From NCBI GenBank assembly GCA_024698705.1, contig JAILQX010000017.1, forward strand, positions 13,988 through 77,987: a stretch of 64,000 nucleotides of DNA, in the 5' to 3' direction. The translations under genes and the position numbers were made by a program. Each line of letters starts with the position of its first letter. Position 1 is the first letter of the stretch. This DNA is from Lachnospiraceae bacterium. GTDB lineage: Bacteria; Bacillota; Clostridia; Lachnospirales; Lachnospiraceae. Shown in pieces: positions 25,881 through 35,879 of the stretch. The notes under the pieces were generated by a model that worked only from the letters and a program-made list of their open reading frames with translations, searched no databases and had not been told where the DNA came from.

Positions 25881-27011
25881 TCAGTCAATCAAAATCTTCT
25901 TCATTATCGAAAAGGATTTTTCTCGCTCAGATAACAATACTTGTTCAACTTTATCAAAACCTATCTTCCTATCACATAAGTCATATTCATCAAATGACAA
26001 GAGAATTCTATCTTCTGTACCCGTCATCATTAAAATGCTTTCTATTCTAGTGGCATATTTCTTCGGTTTAACCACAATAAACGGCACTTTAAAGTTTAAA
26101 GAAAATGCAGTCATATGAAAGGAATCCGTTATTATACAGGTGGCATCTGAAATCAAACGAAGAAATGTTTCTATTGTAACATTATTCAAGCATCTTCCTA
26201 TTTTTTTTCGATCCCCTCTTCGCATACCAATACGTATTATTTGCCAGCCTTTTAGTATCGCTAATTCTTTAGTATACTTTTCAAATAATGGATTATCATT
26301 AAGCTGGTATACTAGAAGATATTTGCCCTTAATGGTTTGCTTCTCTGCAGCAAGAGTTCTCCATTCAACGTCAGTTAACATTAATGTTGGATCCAAAACC
26401 TGATGGGATTTGATTCCAATAGAATCCAACAACTCCTTCGCAGAGTTTTCTCGAACCGTTATTCCGGAATATTTACACAACATTTTCTGAAACAAAGAAA
26501 TTTCTTTTGTGTCAAGGTGCTCCTTTCCAATGCTTGAAGAATAAGATATTCTTTTTGATTCTTCTGGCAAGAAATCAAGAAAGAAAACTCTGTCCACTCC
26601 TCCGTTCCAATCACTATTCCATATTTGATCACTTCCCGAAATATACACATCTGCCACAGGATAGTTTGATAAAAGTTCCTCGAATGAATAATATCTGGCC
26701 TGAGTCAGATTCACATTATGCGTAATGAACTCCCAAAAGATGTTTTTTTTATCTACAAACATCACCCTAATAAACCATTTAGAAAATGATCCTATTGGAT
26801 TGCGATCATCATTTATCAACTTGATTCTTGAAGTAATTCTATTCCTTCTTAAAATTAGTTTCGCAATTGCATCTGATGTGTTGCTCTCTCTCCAATAATC
26901 AATGAATTCAACATCATATCCAAGTTTATTAAGTACTTTCATAGTTGCATATGTCTGTAACACCGACCCATAGTTTCTAACTGTATGTAAAGTAATCACA
27001 TCCGCTTTCAC
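25881..27011 (-). CDS. Polysaccharide pyruvyl transferase family protein
   Basis: NYGSVLQTYA, SGSDQIWN, SYSSSIG, VRE, DPT, TDSFH; GTG start. Confidence 0.9.
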   Translation of the reverse strand: MKADVITLHTVRNYGSVLQTYATMKVLNKLGYDVEFIDYWRESNTSDAIAKLILRRNRITSRIKLINDDRNPIGSFSKWFIRVMFVDKKNIFWEFITHNVNLTQARYYSFEELLSNYPVADVYISGSDQIWNSDWNGGVDRVFFLDFLPEESKRISYSSSIGKEHLDTKEISLFQKMLCKYSGITVRENSAKELLDSIGIKSHQVLDPTLMLTDVEWRTLAAEKQTIKGKYLLVYQLNDNPLFEKYTKELAILKGWQIIRIGMRRGDRKKIGRCLNNVTIETFLRLISDATCIITDSFHMTAFSLNFKVPFIVVKPKKYATRIESILMMTGTEDRILLSFDEYDLCDRKIGFDKVEQVLLSEREKSFSIMKKILID

Positions 27012-27144
27012 AATTTAATCTCCATATCATTCATCCTATATTATTTACCAATTGAATCGGCGGCAGCGTAAAGCCGCATAGAAACTTGACATTTTTATAC
27101 TGTTAAAAAAACATAGGGTATAATTTTAGGAATTATATTCATGG

Positions 27145-27993
27145 TCAGTCTCCCAAAGTATACTTTTTAAAACCATCTATCTTCCCTTTTAACGAATATA
27201 ATGAACGCTTATACTTCTTATTACCGATACTGTACAATAATATTCCGCCCATACTTTTTATGAGCGATTTTATATATAACCAGCCCCACAGGATCTTTCT
27301 GTTTTTTAAATAATATTTTTTATATAATGCCCCAAATCCAACACTGTAATTATATGTACGAGTATAATCAATTATATCTGTGTTACTTTTATGATAAACA
27401 ATTAACGCAGGATTATATATAACTCTCTTTTTTTCTATAAGTGTTTTAATTACTATATCAGTTTCTTCCCCCGCTCCATATTGGGCTCCAATACCAAAAT
27501 CCATATCAAATCCATCAGATAATATACTTTTGTGTATTATCATTGCCGCACTCATACAATAATCAAATATTGAATTCCATTTGATATTGATCGTGTTTGC
27601 CTCTATCATGTGCGGAAGCAGATACTCTCCTGTTATCGGATCTTTTATTCTTCCCGCAAGTATTCCAACGTCGTTTGTATTTTCAATTGTTTCATTAGCT
27701 TCTTTTAAGTAGTTATGATCATAAACTGCATCATCATCAATCAGAGCAATAAAATCACCTTCGCAAAATTGTAATCCAAGATTTCTGGATCTTGATAACC
27801 CTTTTTCTGATACATGATAATATTTTATACATTCACTATTCTGATAATCATAATTGATATTATCACTCTGATCTATAATTACTATTTCATATTTATCATA
27901 TGACTGCTCAAGTAAAGAATTAACACATCTTCTCAACAATTCCTCGCGATTCAAAGTACATAATAAAAATGAAAATTTTATATTTCTACCCAT
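27145..27993 (-). CDS. GT2 glycosyltransferase
   Basis: LLCTLNR, IIDQS, GLSRSRNLG, LIDDDA, GAGEETD. Confidence 0.88.
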   Translation of the reverse strand: MGRNIKFSFLLCTLNREELLRRCVNSLLEQSYDKYEIVIIDQSDNINYDYQNSECIKYYHVSEKGLSRSRNLGLQFCEGDFIALIDDDAVYDHNYLKEANETIENTNDVGILAGRIKDPITGEYLLPHMIEANTINIKWNSIFDYCMSAAMIIHKSILSDGFDMDFGIGAQYGAGEETDIVIKTLIEKKRVIYNPALIVYHKSNTDIIDYTRTYNYSVGFGALYKKYYLKNRKILWGWLYIKSLIKSMGGILLYSIGNKKYKRSLYSLKGKIDGFKKYTLGD

Positions 27994-28005
27994 ATGTCAC
28001 CCAAT

Positions 28006-29094
28006 TTATTTCCAAAATGGTATATACGGAATATATGCCTGCATGTTTTTGAAATATGGTATCATAAGCACTCCGCATATCATAACCTTTAATATCTTAC
28101 CGTTGGCAGATCCGTTTTTACTCTGTCTAATAAAGAATTCCGGCAGATATAATATTGCTACCTGTGAAAAATAAAGGGATAATCTTGCCGGATAATTCAT
28201 ATTTCGTAAAACAAATGCTGTAACGATATAAACACATATTATCGCTATTTTTTGATATGCATCTTTTTTCCCTTTATCATCAATATATGATTTGTTTTTT
28301 TCCAAATATATGCAATCAAATACTATTATTAAGATCAAAAGCAATGCCATATAAAAGCTATATGTTTTTCCATCATTCTTGGTTAGATTATCCACTCTGA
28401 GATAGCCAACATACGCCGGGAAAAATCTGATAAATAATAATGTAATTGATTTATAAGCGCCCTCTATCAAAGCAATAATGACAGAAAAAATAATCGTTTT
28501 TTTTAAATCCGGTTTGATCAGCATAACAATATAAAATAAAATGGCAACGATCGAAATCTGATGAACCCCTACGGCAATTAAGAAAAATACTATACTGGTC
28601 TTTATTCTTTGACTTTTTAGCATACTATATGCCACCAAAACGATAGCCATAGCCACACACTGTCTTGTGGCATTAAATGCAAAAAGGTATAATCCCAGAG
28701 TAATATATATATACCACGACGTTTTTATATCTGTTGACTCCTTATAGATCACATATCCATAACAAGTCACAATAATAATGGCATTAAGTATGATTATTGC
28801 CTGAGCTTGCGGAAAGAAAAAGAATAACGCTTTACTATAAATGGCATAAATAGGGGCTTGTTTAAGGAACATTTCAAACCCGGCACGTGAATTAACATAT
28901 AATCTCATTATACCCAAAGTATCCGTACCGACGCTTTTCCCTCTGAATCCCATTAGTATTCCTAATGCAACAGACGCAAGTATAACTTCTATTTTTCGTA
29001 TTTTTAAAATATTGTTTGTTCTGTTTTTTAATAAATAATCAATTAAACCAGTTGTAGATAAAACAATTACTACAAGGCCTATATATATACCCAT
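28006..29094 (-). CDS. wzy: Wzy polymerase, EpsG family
   Basis: About 10 TM; GFRGKSVGTDT, FNATRQCVA, VHQIS, RLSLYF. Confidence 0.8.
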   Translation of the reverse strand: MGIYIGLVVIVLSTTGLIDYLLKNRTNNILKIRKIEVILASVALGILMGFRGKSVGTDTLGIMRLYVNSRAGFEMFLKQAPIYAIYSKALFFFFPQAQAIIILNAIIIVTCYGYVIYKESTDIKTSWYIYITLGLYLFAFNATRQCVAMAIVLVAYSMLKSQRIKTSIVFFLIAVGVHQISIVAILFYIVMLIKPDLKKTIIFSVIIALIEGAYKSITLLFIRFFPAYVGYLRVDNLTKNDGKTYSFYMALLLILIIVFDCIYLEKNKSYIDDKGKKDAYQKIAIICVYIVTAFVLRNMNYPARLSLYFSQVAILYLPEFFIRQSKNGSANGKILKVMICGVLMIPYFKNMQAYIPYIPFWK

Positions 29095-29101
29095 AACAAA
29101 T

Positions 29102-30148
29102 TCATCCTATCAATAACCGATATAATCTGTTTGCTGATTCTTTCCAACTATATTTTTCTAACAGTTTACTGCTATCTATGGTCTGTTCTGTTATTTCAGA
29201 AAATGACTTTACAGATGATGGATCGATATACAAAGCAAATCCGTCATATATTTCACGCAAACACGGTATATCCGATATGATTATTTCTTTTGCACCTGAT
29301 GCAACAGCTTCCAGCGGCGGAATACCAAATCCTTCGTAAAATGTTGGAAAAAGAAAGGCCTCACAATATTTCATGAGTGCCTTCGCTTCTTCATCTGACA
29401 CATATCCAAGATATTTCAAATTGGTTAATTGTGAATAATCTTTGGATATGACATCAGCGATTTTTCCTCCACCCGCAATAACAAATGTTTTTTTCGGGTT
29501 GTTTTTTGCAGCCTCAACGATCCATTTAAAGTTTTTATTTGGTGCTAATGTTGCCATAGCAAAATAATAGTTATATTTTTCTAACGAATATCTATGGATT
29601 ACGTTTTCATCTTCAACTATGTTTTCAATATGTTGCCATGCGTTATATATGACATGTATCCTGGATTCATTTACATTATAGTGTTTTAAGATTTCAGATT
29701 TTGAAAATTCGGATACTGTGATTATCTGCATATCTGAATTTACGATCAACCTATACATGTATTTACGATACATTACCGTCAAAAAACCTTTTAAACTGGT
29801 ATTAAAAAGTTGAGGATTGACCTTTAAACCGATATCATGCAAGGCAACATACCCTTTTTTATAAAAAACAGGGATCGTATTCTCAAAGAATATTCCTTTA
29901 GTCCTGTTCTTTTTCAGATACCTCATCAGGTCGATCTGTTCCCAGATCCTTTGTGAGTGATTTCCATATTTGATTATTTTAATATTATTTAACTTAAAAT
30001 CTCCTTTATACCATTCAGGAAGCAACAATTCGATAGTTGTGTTGTCATCTATGAGCTTATCCAATTCTTTAGTTATCTCAATTGCATATCTTTGAATGCC
30101 TGTGATACGTTTGGTTAAAAAGATACCGTCAATAACATAATCAGCCAT
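29102..30148 (-). CDS. GT4 glycosyltransferase
   Basis: ITGIQRYA, TVSEFSK, PNKN, FPTFYEGFGIPPLEA. Confidence 0.9.
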   Translation of the reverse strand: MADYVIDGIFLTKRITGIQRYAIEITKELDKLIDDNTTIELLLPEWYKGDFKLNNIKIIKYGNHSQRIWEQIDLMRYLKKNRTKGIFFENTIPVFYKKGYVALHDIGLKVNPQLFNTSLKGFLTVMYRKYMYRLIVNSDMQIITVSEFSKSEILKHYNVNESRIHVIYNAWQHIENIVEDENVIHRYSLEKYNYYFAMATLAPNKNFKWIVEAAKNNPKKTFVIAGGGKIADVISKDYSQLTNLKYLGYVSDEEAKALMKYCEAFLFPTFYEGFGIPPLEAVASGAKEIIISDIPCLREIYDGFALYIDPSSVKSFSEITEQTIDSSKLLEKYSWKESANRLYRLLIG

Positions 30149-30155
30149 ATGCGCC

Positions 30156-31304
30156 TCATTTCATCTCGTTATTTATAAATCTTCTGAAATTATCATAGAA
30201 ATATTTAGACAGGAATTCCTTTTCCACACGTTCTTTTGCCGCTTTACCATATTTATCACGCAGTTCTTTGTCTTCACCTAATTTGATAATCGCATCAGCA
30301 TATGCTTTGACATCTTTATTGGGAACTTCGATTCCTGTTACATTGTTGATATTGACATAGTTAACACCACTGCCTTCTATCGTATATGTAACAGCAGGTT
30401 TCTCATAATACATACCTTCTGCCAAAGCTATACCGAACGCCTCATTTTTTGTTATAGATGAGAAACAAAAGATATCACAGGCATTTAAATATGCTTTTAA
30501 TGCTTTTCCGTCGATCTCACCCAACAAAACAACATTGGTTAAGCCTTCTGATAATCTTTTGATTGCTGCTGTTGACTCATCTTCTCTGCCAATGAGATAT
30601 AAAACATATTTATCCGGCAGTAATCCCATTGATTGTACCAGATACTCAAACCCTTTATACGGGACCTGTCTTCCAACACCAACACATATGATCTTATCTT
30701 TATTTTTCTCACGTATTTTGTTGGATTCTATGCGGGTGTCCTCGTCAATTACAAGTTTATCTTCTTCAATGCAATTCGGTATTACAACACATTTTTCTTT
30801 ATACTGGGAAAGATAATAACTGTCAGTTATATAGTTAGGACTGGTTGCTACGATTTTCGTCGCTTTATCCAATAGTCTGACTGTCAGTTTTCTGAATATC
30901 TTCTCGCCTATCTTTTGCTTAACTATGTCAGAATGCCAGTAAACTATCAGCTTGGATGAACTGCTTAAATGCTTTAATGTGTAATATTCTGTAAATGGAT
31001 TGGGGAGATGTAAGATGATAATGTCAGGTTTGAAATCTTTTATCAATTTCTTTATGTTTTTTGCCATTGAAATAGAAAGTGGCTGAGAAAACAGTTTTAG
31101 TTTTGTACCGCATCGTGTTATTTCAACCCCTTCAACATTATCTACGCTGTCTTCTTTTCCACGTGTAAAACATACTATCTTTTCTTCATATTGATCCGAT
31201 ATTGCATTTGAAATCGCTTGAGCTATTTTTTCAATACCGCCCAACTCAGGATAGTAATAATTTACTATCTGCAATACTCTCTTTTTAGTACTATGATCAT
31301 CCAT
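30156..31304 (-). CDS. GT4 glycosyltransferase
   Basis: GGIE, HLPNP, WHSDIV, VGRQVPYKG, NEAFGIALAEGM. Confidence 0.9.
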   Translation of the reverse strand: MDDHSTKKRVLQIVNYYYPELGGIEKIAQAISNAISDQYEEKIVCFTRGKEDSVDNVEGVEITRCGTKLKLFSQPLSISMAKNIKKLIKDFKPDIIILHLPNPFTEYYTLKHLSSSSKLIVYWHSDIVKQKIGEKIFRKLTVRLLDKATKIVATSPNYITDSYYLSQYKEKCVVIPNCIEEDKLVIDEDTRIESNKIREKNKDKIICVGVGRQVPYKGFEYLVQSMGLLPDKYVLYLIGREDESTAAIKRLSEGLTNVVLLGEIDGKALKAYLNACDIFCFSSITKNEAFGIALAEGMYYEKPAVTYTIEGSGVNYVNINNVTGIEVPNKDVKAYADAIIKLGEDKELRDKYGKAAKERVEKEFLSKYFYDNFRRFINNEMK

Positions 31305-31316
31305 AGTAGTTCCCTT

Positions 31317-32660
31317 TCAAGCCGTAGTTTTTCCCTCATCAACCCCTTCGGTGCTTTCCTTCATAAACAGAATCTTTACTGTTGCAAAACATATCCTCAG
31401 ATCCTCGATAATACTTGGATGTCCTATATATATCAGGTCCATAAGAAGTTTATCATATGGGGTTGTATTGTATTTTCCATATACCTGGGCATAACCTGTG
31501 AGACCTGCCTTGGCTTGTAATCTGAGTTTAAATTCCGGTATTTCCTTTTCGTATTGAGCAGCTATTTCCGGACGCTCCGGTCTGGGGCCTACTATGCTCA
31601 TATCGCCTTTAATGATATTGAATACCTGAGGTAACTCATCGAAACGGATCGCTCTGATCACTTTTCCGACCTTTGTGATTCGGTCATCCTTATCACCCGT
31701 CGATAATCTGGCAACGCCGTCTTTCTCCGCATCAACACGCATGCTTCTGAACTTGAGTATATAGAATTCCTTACCGTCCTTTGTAAGTCTCTTTTGCTTA
31801 TATAGCACGGGTCCGCCATCCGTTTTAACGGCAATGGCTGTAATTAGCATGAATGGTGATAAGATTATCAAAAATATCAGACTGCAGACTATATCGAAAA
31901 CTCTTTTGAACAGAACATATTCAGGATTGGGTCTGTATCTTCTTACCTGCATGAGTGGCAGGTGGAACATATGAAGTGTTCTGGCACTGCCCATCATCAC
32001 ATCTCCAACCTTGGGCAGGATCATAGTTTCCACGTTGTTCTCTATGCATGCTTTCAGAATTGTATTTCTGTCGTGACTGCTTATACCAACGATAAATACA
32101 GTTTCATACTCTTTGACCAGTTTAGGATCGGCAAGAACTTCATCTACATGAAGTTTCGCAGCTATGTTGTATTTCTTATCCATTCCATAGCTTCCGACCA
32201 GACCTGCAAAATTTTCACGCCTGTTATATATTACTGCGGATTTACGAGGTTTATGTGCTTTAAAATACCAGATATGGACAAGAGAAGACCACGCTATACT
32301 CAGGCCCACCTGTATTATAAGGCATGAGATCATAGGCCATACATTAGGCAGATACAATGATAACAGCCATATGACCATGAACATGATCGAATCACTTATA
32401 AAGAGCGCCAGAAACTGGCTGTATATCATTTCCGATATCTGGCTTGTTGAAATGATAAAGCCGTCATATGCTCTGCAAAGGATGATATACAGTATTGCAA
32501 ACATACCTATTACCACAAGGTCACCCTTAAGATAATAATGCACCTTGGCATGTACCGAATAATGCACATACCATACCAGTGCGAAGCTTGCTGCCATCAG
32601 AGCCGCATTCAGTATTTTCAACAGTCTGACCGCCAGATCGTGTCTCAGATTGCTATTCAC
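31317..32660 (-). CDS. Priming polyprenyl-phosphate hexose-1-phosphate transferase (WcaJ/CpsE-like)
   Basis: KRVFDI, KFRSM, DELPQ, MSIVGPRPE, GLTGYAQV. Confidence 0.92.
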   Translation of the reverse strand: MNSNLRHDLAVRLLKILNAALMAASFALVWYVHYSVHAKVHYYLKGDLVVIGMFAILYIILCRAYDGFIISTSQISEMIYSQFLALFISDSIMFMVIWLLSLYLPNVWPMISCLIIQVGLSIAWSSLVHIWYFKAHKPRKSAVIYNRRENFAGLVGSYGMDKKYNIAAKLHVDEVLADPKLVKEYETVFIVGISSHDRNTILKACIENNVETMILPKVGDVMMGSARTLHMFHLPLMQVRRYRPNPEYVLFKRVFDIVCSLIFLIILSPFMLITAIAVKTDGGPVLYKQKRLTKDGKEFYILKFRSMRVDAEKDGVARLSTGDKDDRITKVGKVIRAIRFDELPQVFNIIKGDMSIVGPRPERPEIAAQYEKEIPEFKLRLQAKAGLTGYAQVYGKYNTTPYDKLLMDLIYIGHPSIIEDLRICFATVKILFMKESTEGVDEGKTTA

Positions 32661-32673
32661 TCTTTACGCCCTC

Positions 32674-34692
32674 TCATCCCTTTTTGATTGCCTTTACGAG
32701 TATCCTCATATCTCTTGCAAGGCTGTATCTTTGAACATATATCATGTCATATTTGAGCATATCTTCATTGTTGGTGTATTTGCCGCCATACGCCTGGGCA
32801 TATCCGGTTATTCCGGGTTTTGTTCTCAGACGATACTTGTAATTACTGTCTTCGGCGAGAAGTCTGTCAGTCTTCTCTTTGGTATATGCCATCGGTCCGA
32901 CTATCGACATCCTGCCCCTGAACACTGCCATGAGTTTCTCTGTCGTCCCGGCCTCTTCCTTATATGCAAATCTCCTCATGCGGAACTCTTTGCCGTATCT
33001 GCCGGTATATGTATCGCTCTTCCATACCTGTCCGCAAATGATCTTGGCTTTAATCGACTTGATGATGATCGATGGTATCAGGATGATCAATGCCAATGTT
33101 GAGAAGCACTGATCAAGTGCTCTCTTAACCATTCTGTTTTCCCATGTGATACCATACTCCTTAAGTTCTATGATCGGAGCTTCTATCAGTTCCATGATAC
33201 CTGCGCAGTTTATCAGCAGGTCAGACAGTTGCGGTACCATATATACTCTTACAAAATGGCTGTAGCAGAATTCAAGTATGTCGTTACGCAGTTCGGTATC
33301 CATCTCTCCGAGGATCACTGCGCCGTACCAGTACAGGCATTCGTGCTTGATCTCATCAAGTTTCATGTCGGTATCGATAACCTTCACTATACGGTATCTG
33401 TCCTGACGCATATTGAATGCATCAATGGTCGAAGTTAAGTTCTTATTACTTTGAACAACAAGTATCTCTTTGGGCGGAAATACCCTGCTGTAGATCCAGT
33501 CACTTATTATCGTCCATATGATCGTAAGTACAAGCTGCATTCCCAGCAGTTTTAGCATGGGTATAACAGGTATCAGCCAGTTCCTTATAAGTGACAATTG
33601 GAAATATGTTATGACATCAGTGATCAATATCGCTGACAGTTGGGCCGCTATGATACTTCCCGGTCTCTGATATCCGGTCTTCATGCCATCGCCTGTTTTC
33701 GATATGAAAAGCAATATCATAAAGTATATGGCGAGTATCAGCAAATGTCCTCTGAAATACAGTTTCAGACCACCGCCGAACAGATAACCTTCCTGACTCA
33801 CTCTGACCTTGGCCAGATAGGGATAAAGTTCCTTGAACCATGCATAGGCATACAGTCCCGTCTGCCCGACTATCCCGACTATGGAAAGCTGTACGGCTGT
33901 AAATCGCTTGAGGGCCTCAAGATATCTCCATATAACGTCCGAAAGCACTCTTCTGACCGTCGCTCTGAAAGCCCACATACACAGGCAGAACACAGCTGTT
34001 GGCAGGCTCAGATGTTCTACGTTTCTGTAGAGGTTCCATATACGCTTTACAGCTGTACCTTTATTTGATGACAATGATTCTCCGGGTCTTCTGTAAATCG
34101 CCAGAGCCTCATCCAGTCCGTATGCATTTATCCCGCTTTTGAGTATCTTCCACCATGTCGCAGAATCTTCACTGCCGACATCAGGCATCTCAAGAAGACT
34201 TTTATCTACTATCTGCGTATCTATAAGAACCGTTGATGTGAAGATAACGGTTCTTGAAAGTGCTTTTCTGTAGGCAAGAGATTTGGGAACATGAACAACC
34301 TTGCCAAGCGGATTGCCTTCCTCATCACCGTAGTGATACGAGGTAAATACAAATCCCGCTCCCGTCTTGTCCATATACTGAAGTTCTTTAAGCAGTTTAT
34401 CCGGATACCACAGATCATCCGCATCAAGGAATGCCACATATCTGCCCTTTGATGCTTCCACACCGGTATTACGTGCCTTTGCGGCTCCTTCGTTCCGCTC
34501 CTTGCAGATCAATATGATCCTCTTGTCATTGGTTTTTTTCTGAAGAGCTTTGATCTTTTCGACACTGTCATCGGAAGATCTGTCGTCAACAAGTATGAGT
34601 TCCCAATCCTCATATGTCTGGGTCCTCACACTCTCTATGGTCTTCTCTATGTACTTGCCGGCATTGTATACCGGAACTACGATACTTACCAT
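32674..34692 (-). CDS. TuaG-like GT2 fused to a degenerate priming-transferase-like module
   Basis: N-terminus VSIVVPVYN, LVDDRS, FLDADD, EDSATW; C-terminus KRALDQ, MSIVGPMAY, PGITGYAQ, but no DELPQ. Confidence 0.8.
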   Translation of the reverse strand: MVSIVVPVYNAGKYIEKTIESVRTQTYEDWELILVDDRSSDDSVEKIKALQKKTNDKRIILICKERNEGAAKARNTGVEASKGRYVAFLDADDLWYPDKLLKELQYMDKTGAGFVFTSYHYGDEEGNPLGKVVHVPKSLAYRKALSRTVIFTSTVLIDTQIVDKSLLEMPDVGSEDSATWWKILKSGINAYGLDEALAIYRRPGESLSSNKGTAVKRIWNLYRNVEHLSLPTAVFCLCMWAFRATVRRVLSDVIWRYLEALKRFTAVQLSIVGIVGQTGLYAYAWFKELYPYLAKVRVSQEGYLFGGGLKLYFRGHLLILAIYFMILLFISKTGDGMKTGYQRPGSIIAAQLSAILITDVITYFQLSLIRNWLIPVIPMLKLLGMQLVLTIIWTIISDWIYSRVFPPKEILVVQSNKNLTSTIDAFNMRQDRYRIVKVIDTDMKLDEIKHECLYWYGAVILGEMDTELRNDILEFCYSHFVRVYMVPQLSDLLINCAGIMELIEAPIIELKEYGITWENRMVKRALDQCFSTLALIILIPSIIIKSIKAKIICGQVWKSDTYTGRYGKEFRMRRFAYKEEAGTTEKLMAVFRGRMSIVGPMAYTKEKTDRLLAEDSNYKYRLRTKPGITGYAQAYGGKYTNNEDMLKYDMIYVQRYSLARDMRILVKAIKKG

Positions 34693-34712
34693 ACTCTTCC
34701 CCGCCTTACAGG

Positions 34713-35879
34713 CTAATCGTTCAATCCTACTTCCTTGTAGAACACATCTATTATCAGATCGTACAACGCCTCTTCATCCACGTAGTACTCTTCAAATTCT
34801 TCTCCCATAACGGTCTCACCTTTTATCATATGAAAACCGTCTGTTTCAAATGTATATCCCGTGACCTCCGGCGCCAGATATGCAACCTCATCAAATGTCA
34901 CATCCGTTGTCATATACGGCATTAACTGATTGTATAGCTCACTGACAACTCCTATGTCATCTTTTGCCGCCGCTTTTGCCTGACTGACAAAATTTGTCAG
35001 ATATTGCTTCTGTCTTGCAAGTCTGACGTCTGCAGAACCAAACTCGCCGGTGTCTCTGTCACGTACGTACATTGCAGCATCATTTCCCATCAAATGTACC
35101 GCTTCGCCCTGCGATATTATCTTTCTGTCCTTTTCATCATATACATCCGACAATGCTTCGACATTTACTCCGCCCACGGTATCATTGATGATCGGTATCG
35201 CTTTCATGTTAATGGCGGCGTAGCCGTGTATCGGTATGTTGTAGAGGAGTTTTCTGACCGCATCGACCTGGTATTCGCAGGATTTTTCCACGCCGTTGCC
35301 GAAGCCGTGCTGTACGGCTATCTGGGCCTTGACCGTGTCGACGTAGTCGCCGTTTTCATTGTATATATCTATATCGGTCATGGTGTTTCTGTTGATGCCG
35401 ACTATATTGATCTCTCTGTTGTACTGATCGAGAACAAGGAGGAAAAGCGCATCTGCCTGGCCGCCGTTTGTTCCTTCAGCCACTTCCTTTACCTTGCCGC
35501 TCTTGTCTATGCCCATGAAGAGAAATGTGATCAGGTCATCGTTATACTCATATATCTTTCCGTTATATTTGACCCAGCCTTCCTTCCACTCCTGCTTCTC
35601 CTCGGGGGGCGCTTCGATGGTTTCCGGTGTCTGTAGCACCGGTACGGCCGCCTGAGCCTGCTTTTCAAGGTTAACCTTGCCGACAGCCCTTATCACCGTC
35701 CATGAGGCCACCATGGCAAATATGACACCGAAAACAGAGAACAGAATATTTCTTGCTATCTTTCTCTTCCGTTCTCTCGATGCTCTGGCCAATGCTACCG
35801 GATCCAGCATGGTCTGCTTTTCATGTTCAATTTGCCGGAAATTTCGTCTGTTACCAAACATTGTCAGATCATTCCTCAA
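34713..35879 (-). CDS. LCP (LytR-CpsA-Psr) family glycopolymer ligase
   Basis: TM anchor; FLFMGID, QADALFL, INRNTMTDI, YVRDR, RLARQKQY. Confidence 0.88.
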   Translation of the reverse strand: MRNDLTMFGNRRNFRQIEHEKQTMLDPVALARASRERKRKIARNILFSVFGVIFAMVASWTVIRAVGKVNLEKQAQAAVPVLQTPETIEAPPEEKQEWKEGWVKYNGKIYEYNDDLITFLFMGIDKSGKVKEVAEGTNGGQADALFLLVLDQYNREINIVGINRNTMTDIDIYNENGDYVDTVKAQIAVQHGFGNGVEKSCEYQVDAVRKLLYNIPIHGYAAINMKAIPIINDTVGGVNVEALSDVYDEKDRKIISQGEAVHLMGNDAAMYVRDRDTGEFGSADVRLARQKQYLTNFVSQAKAAAKDDIGVVSELYNQLMPYMTTDVTFDEVAYLAPEVTGYTFETDGFHMIKGETVMGEEFEEYYVDEEALYDLIIDVFYKEVGLND

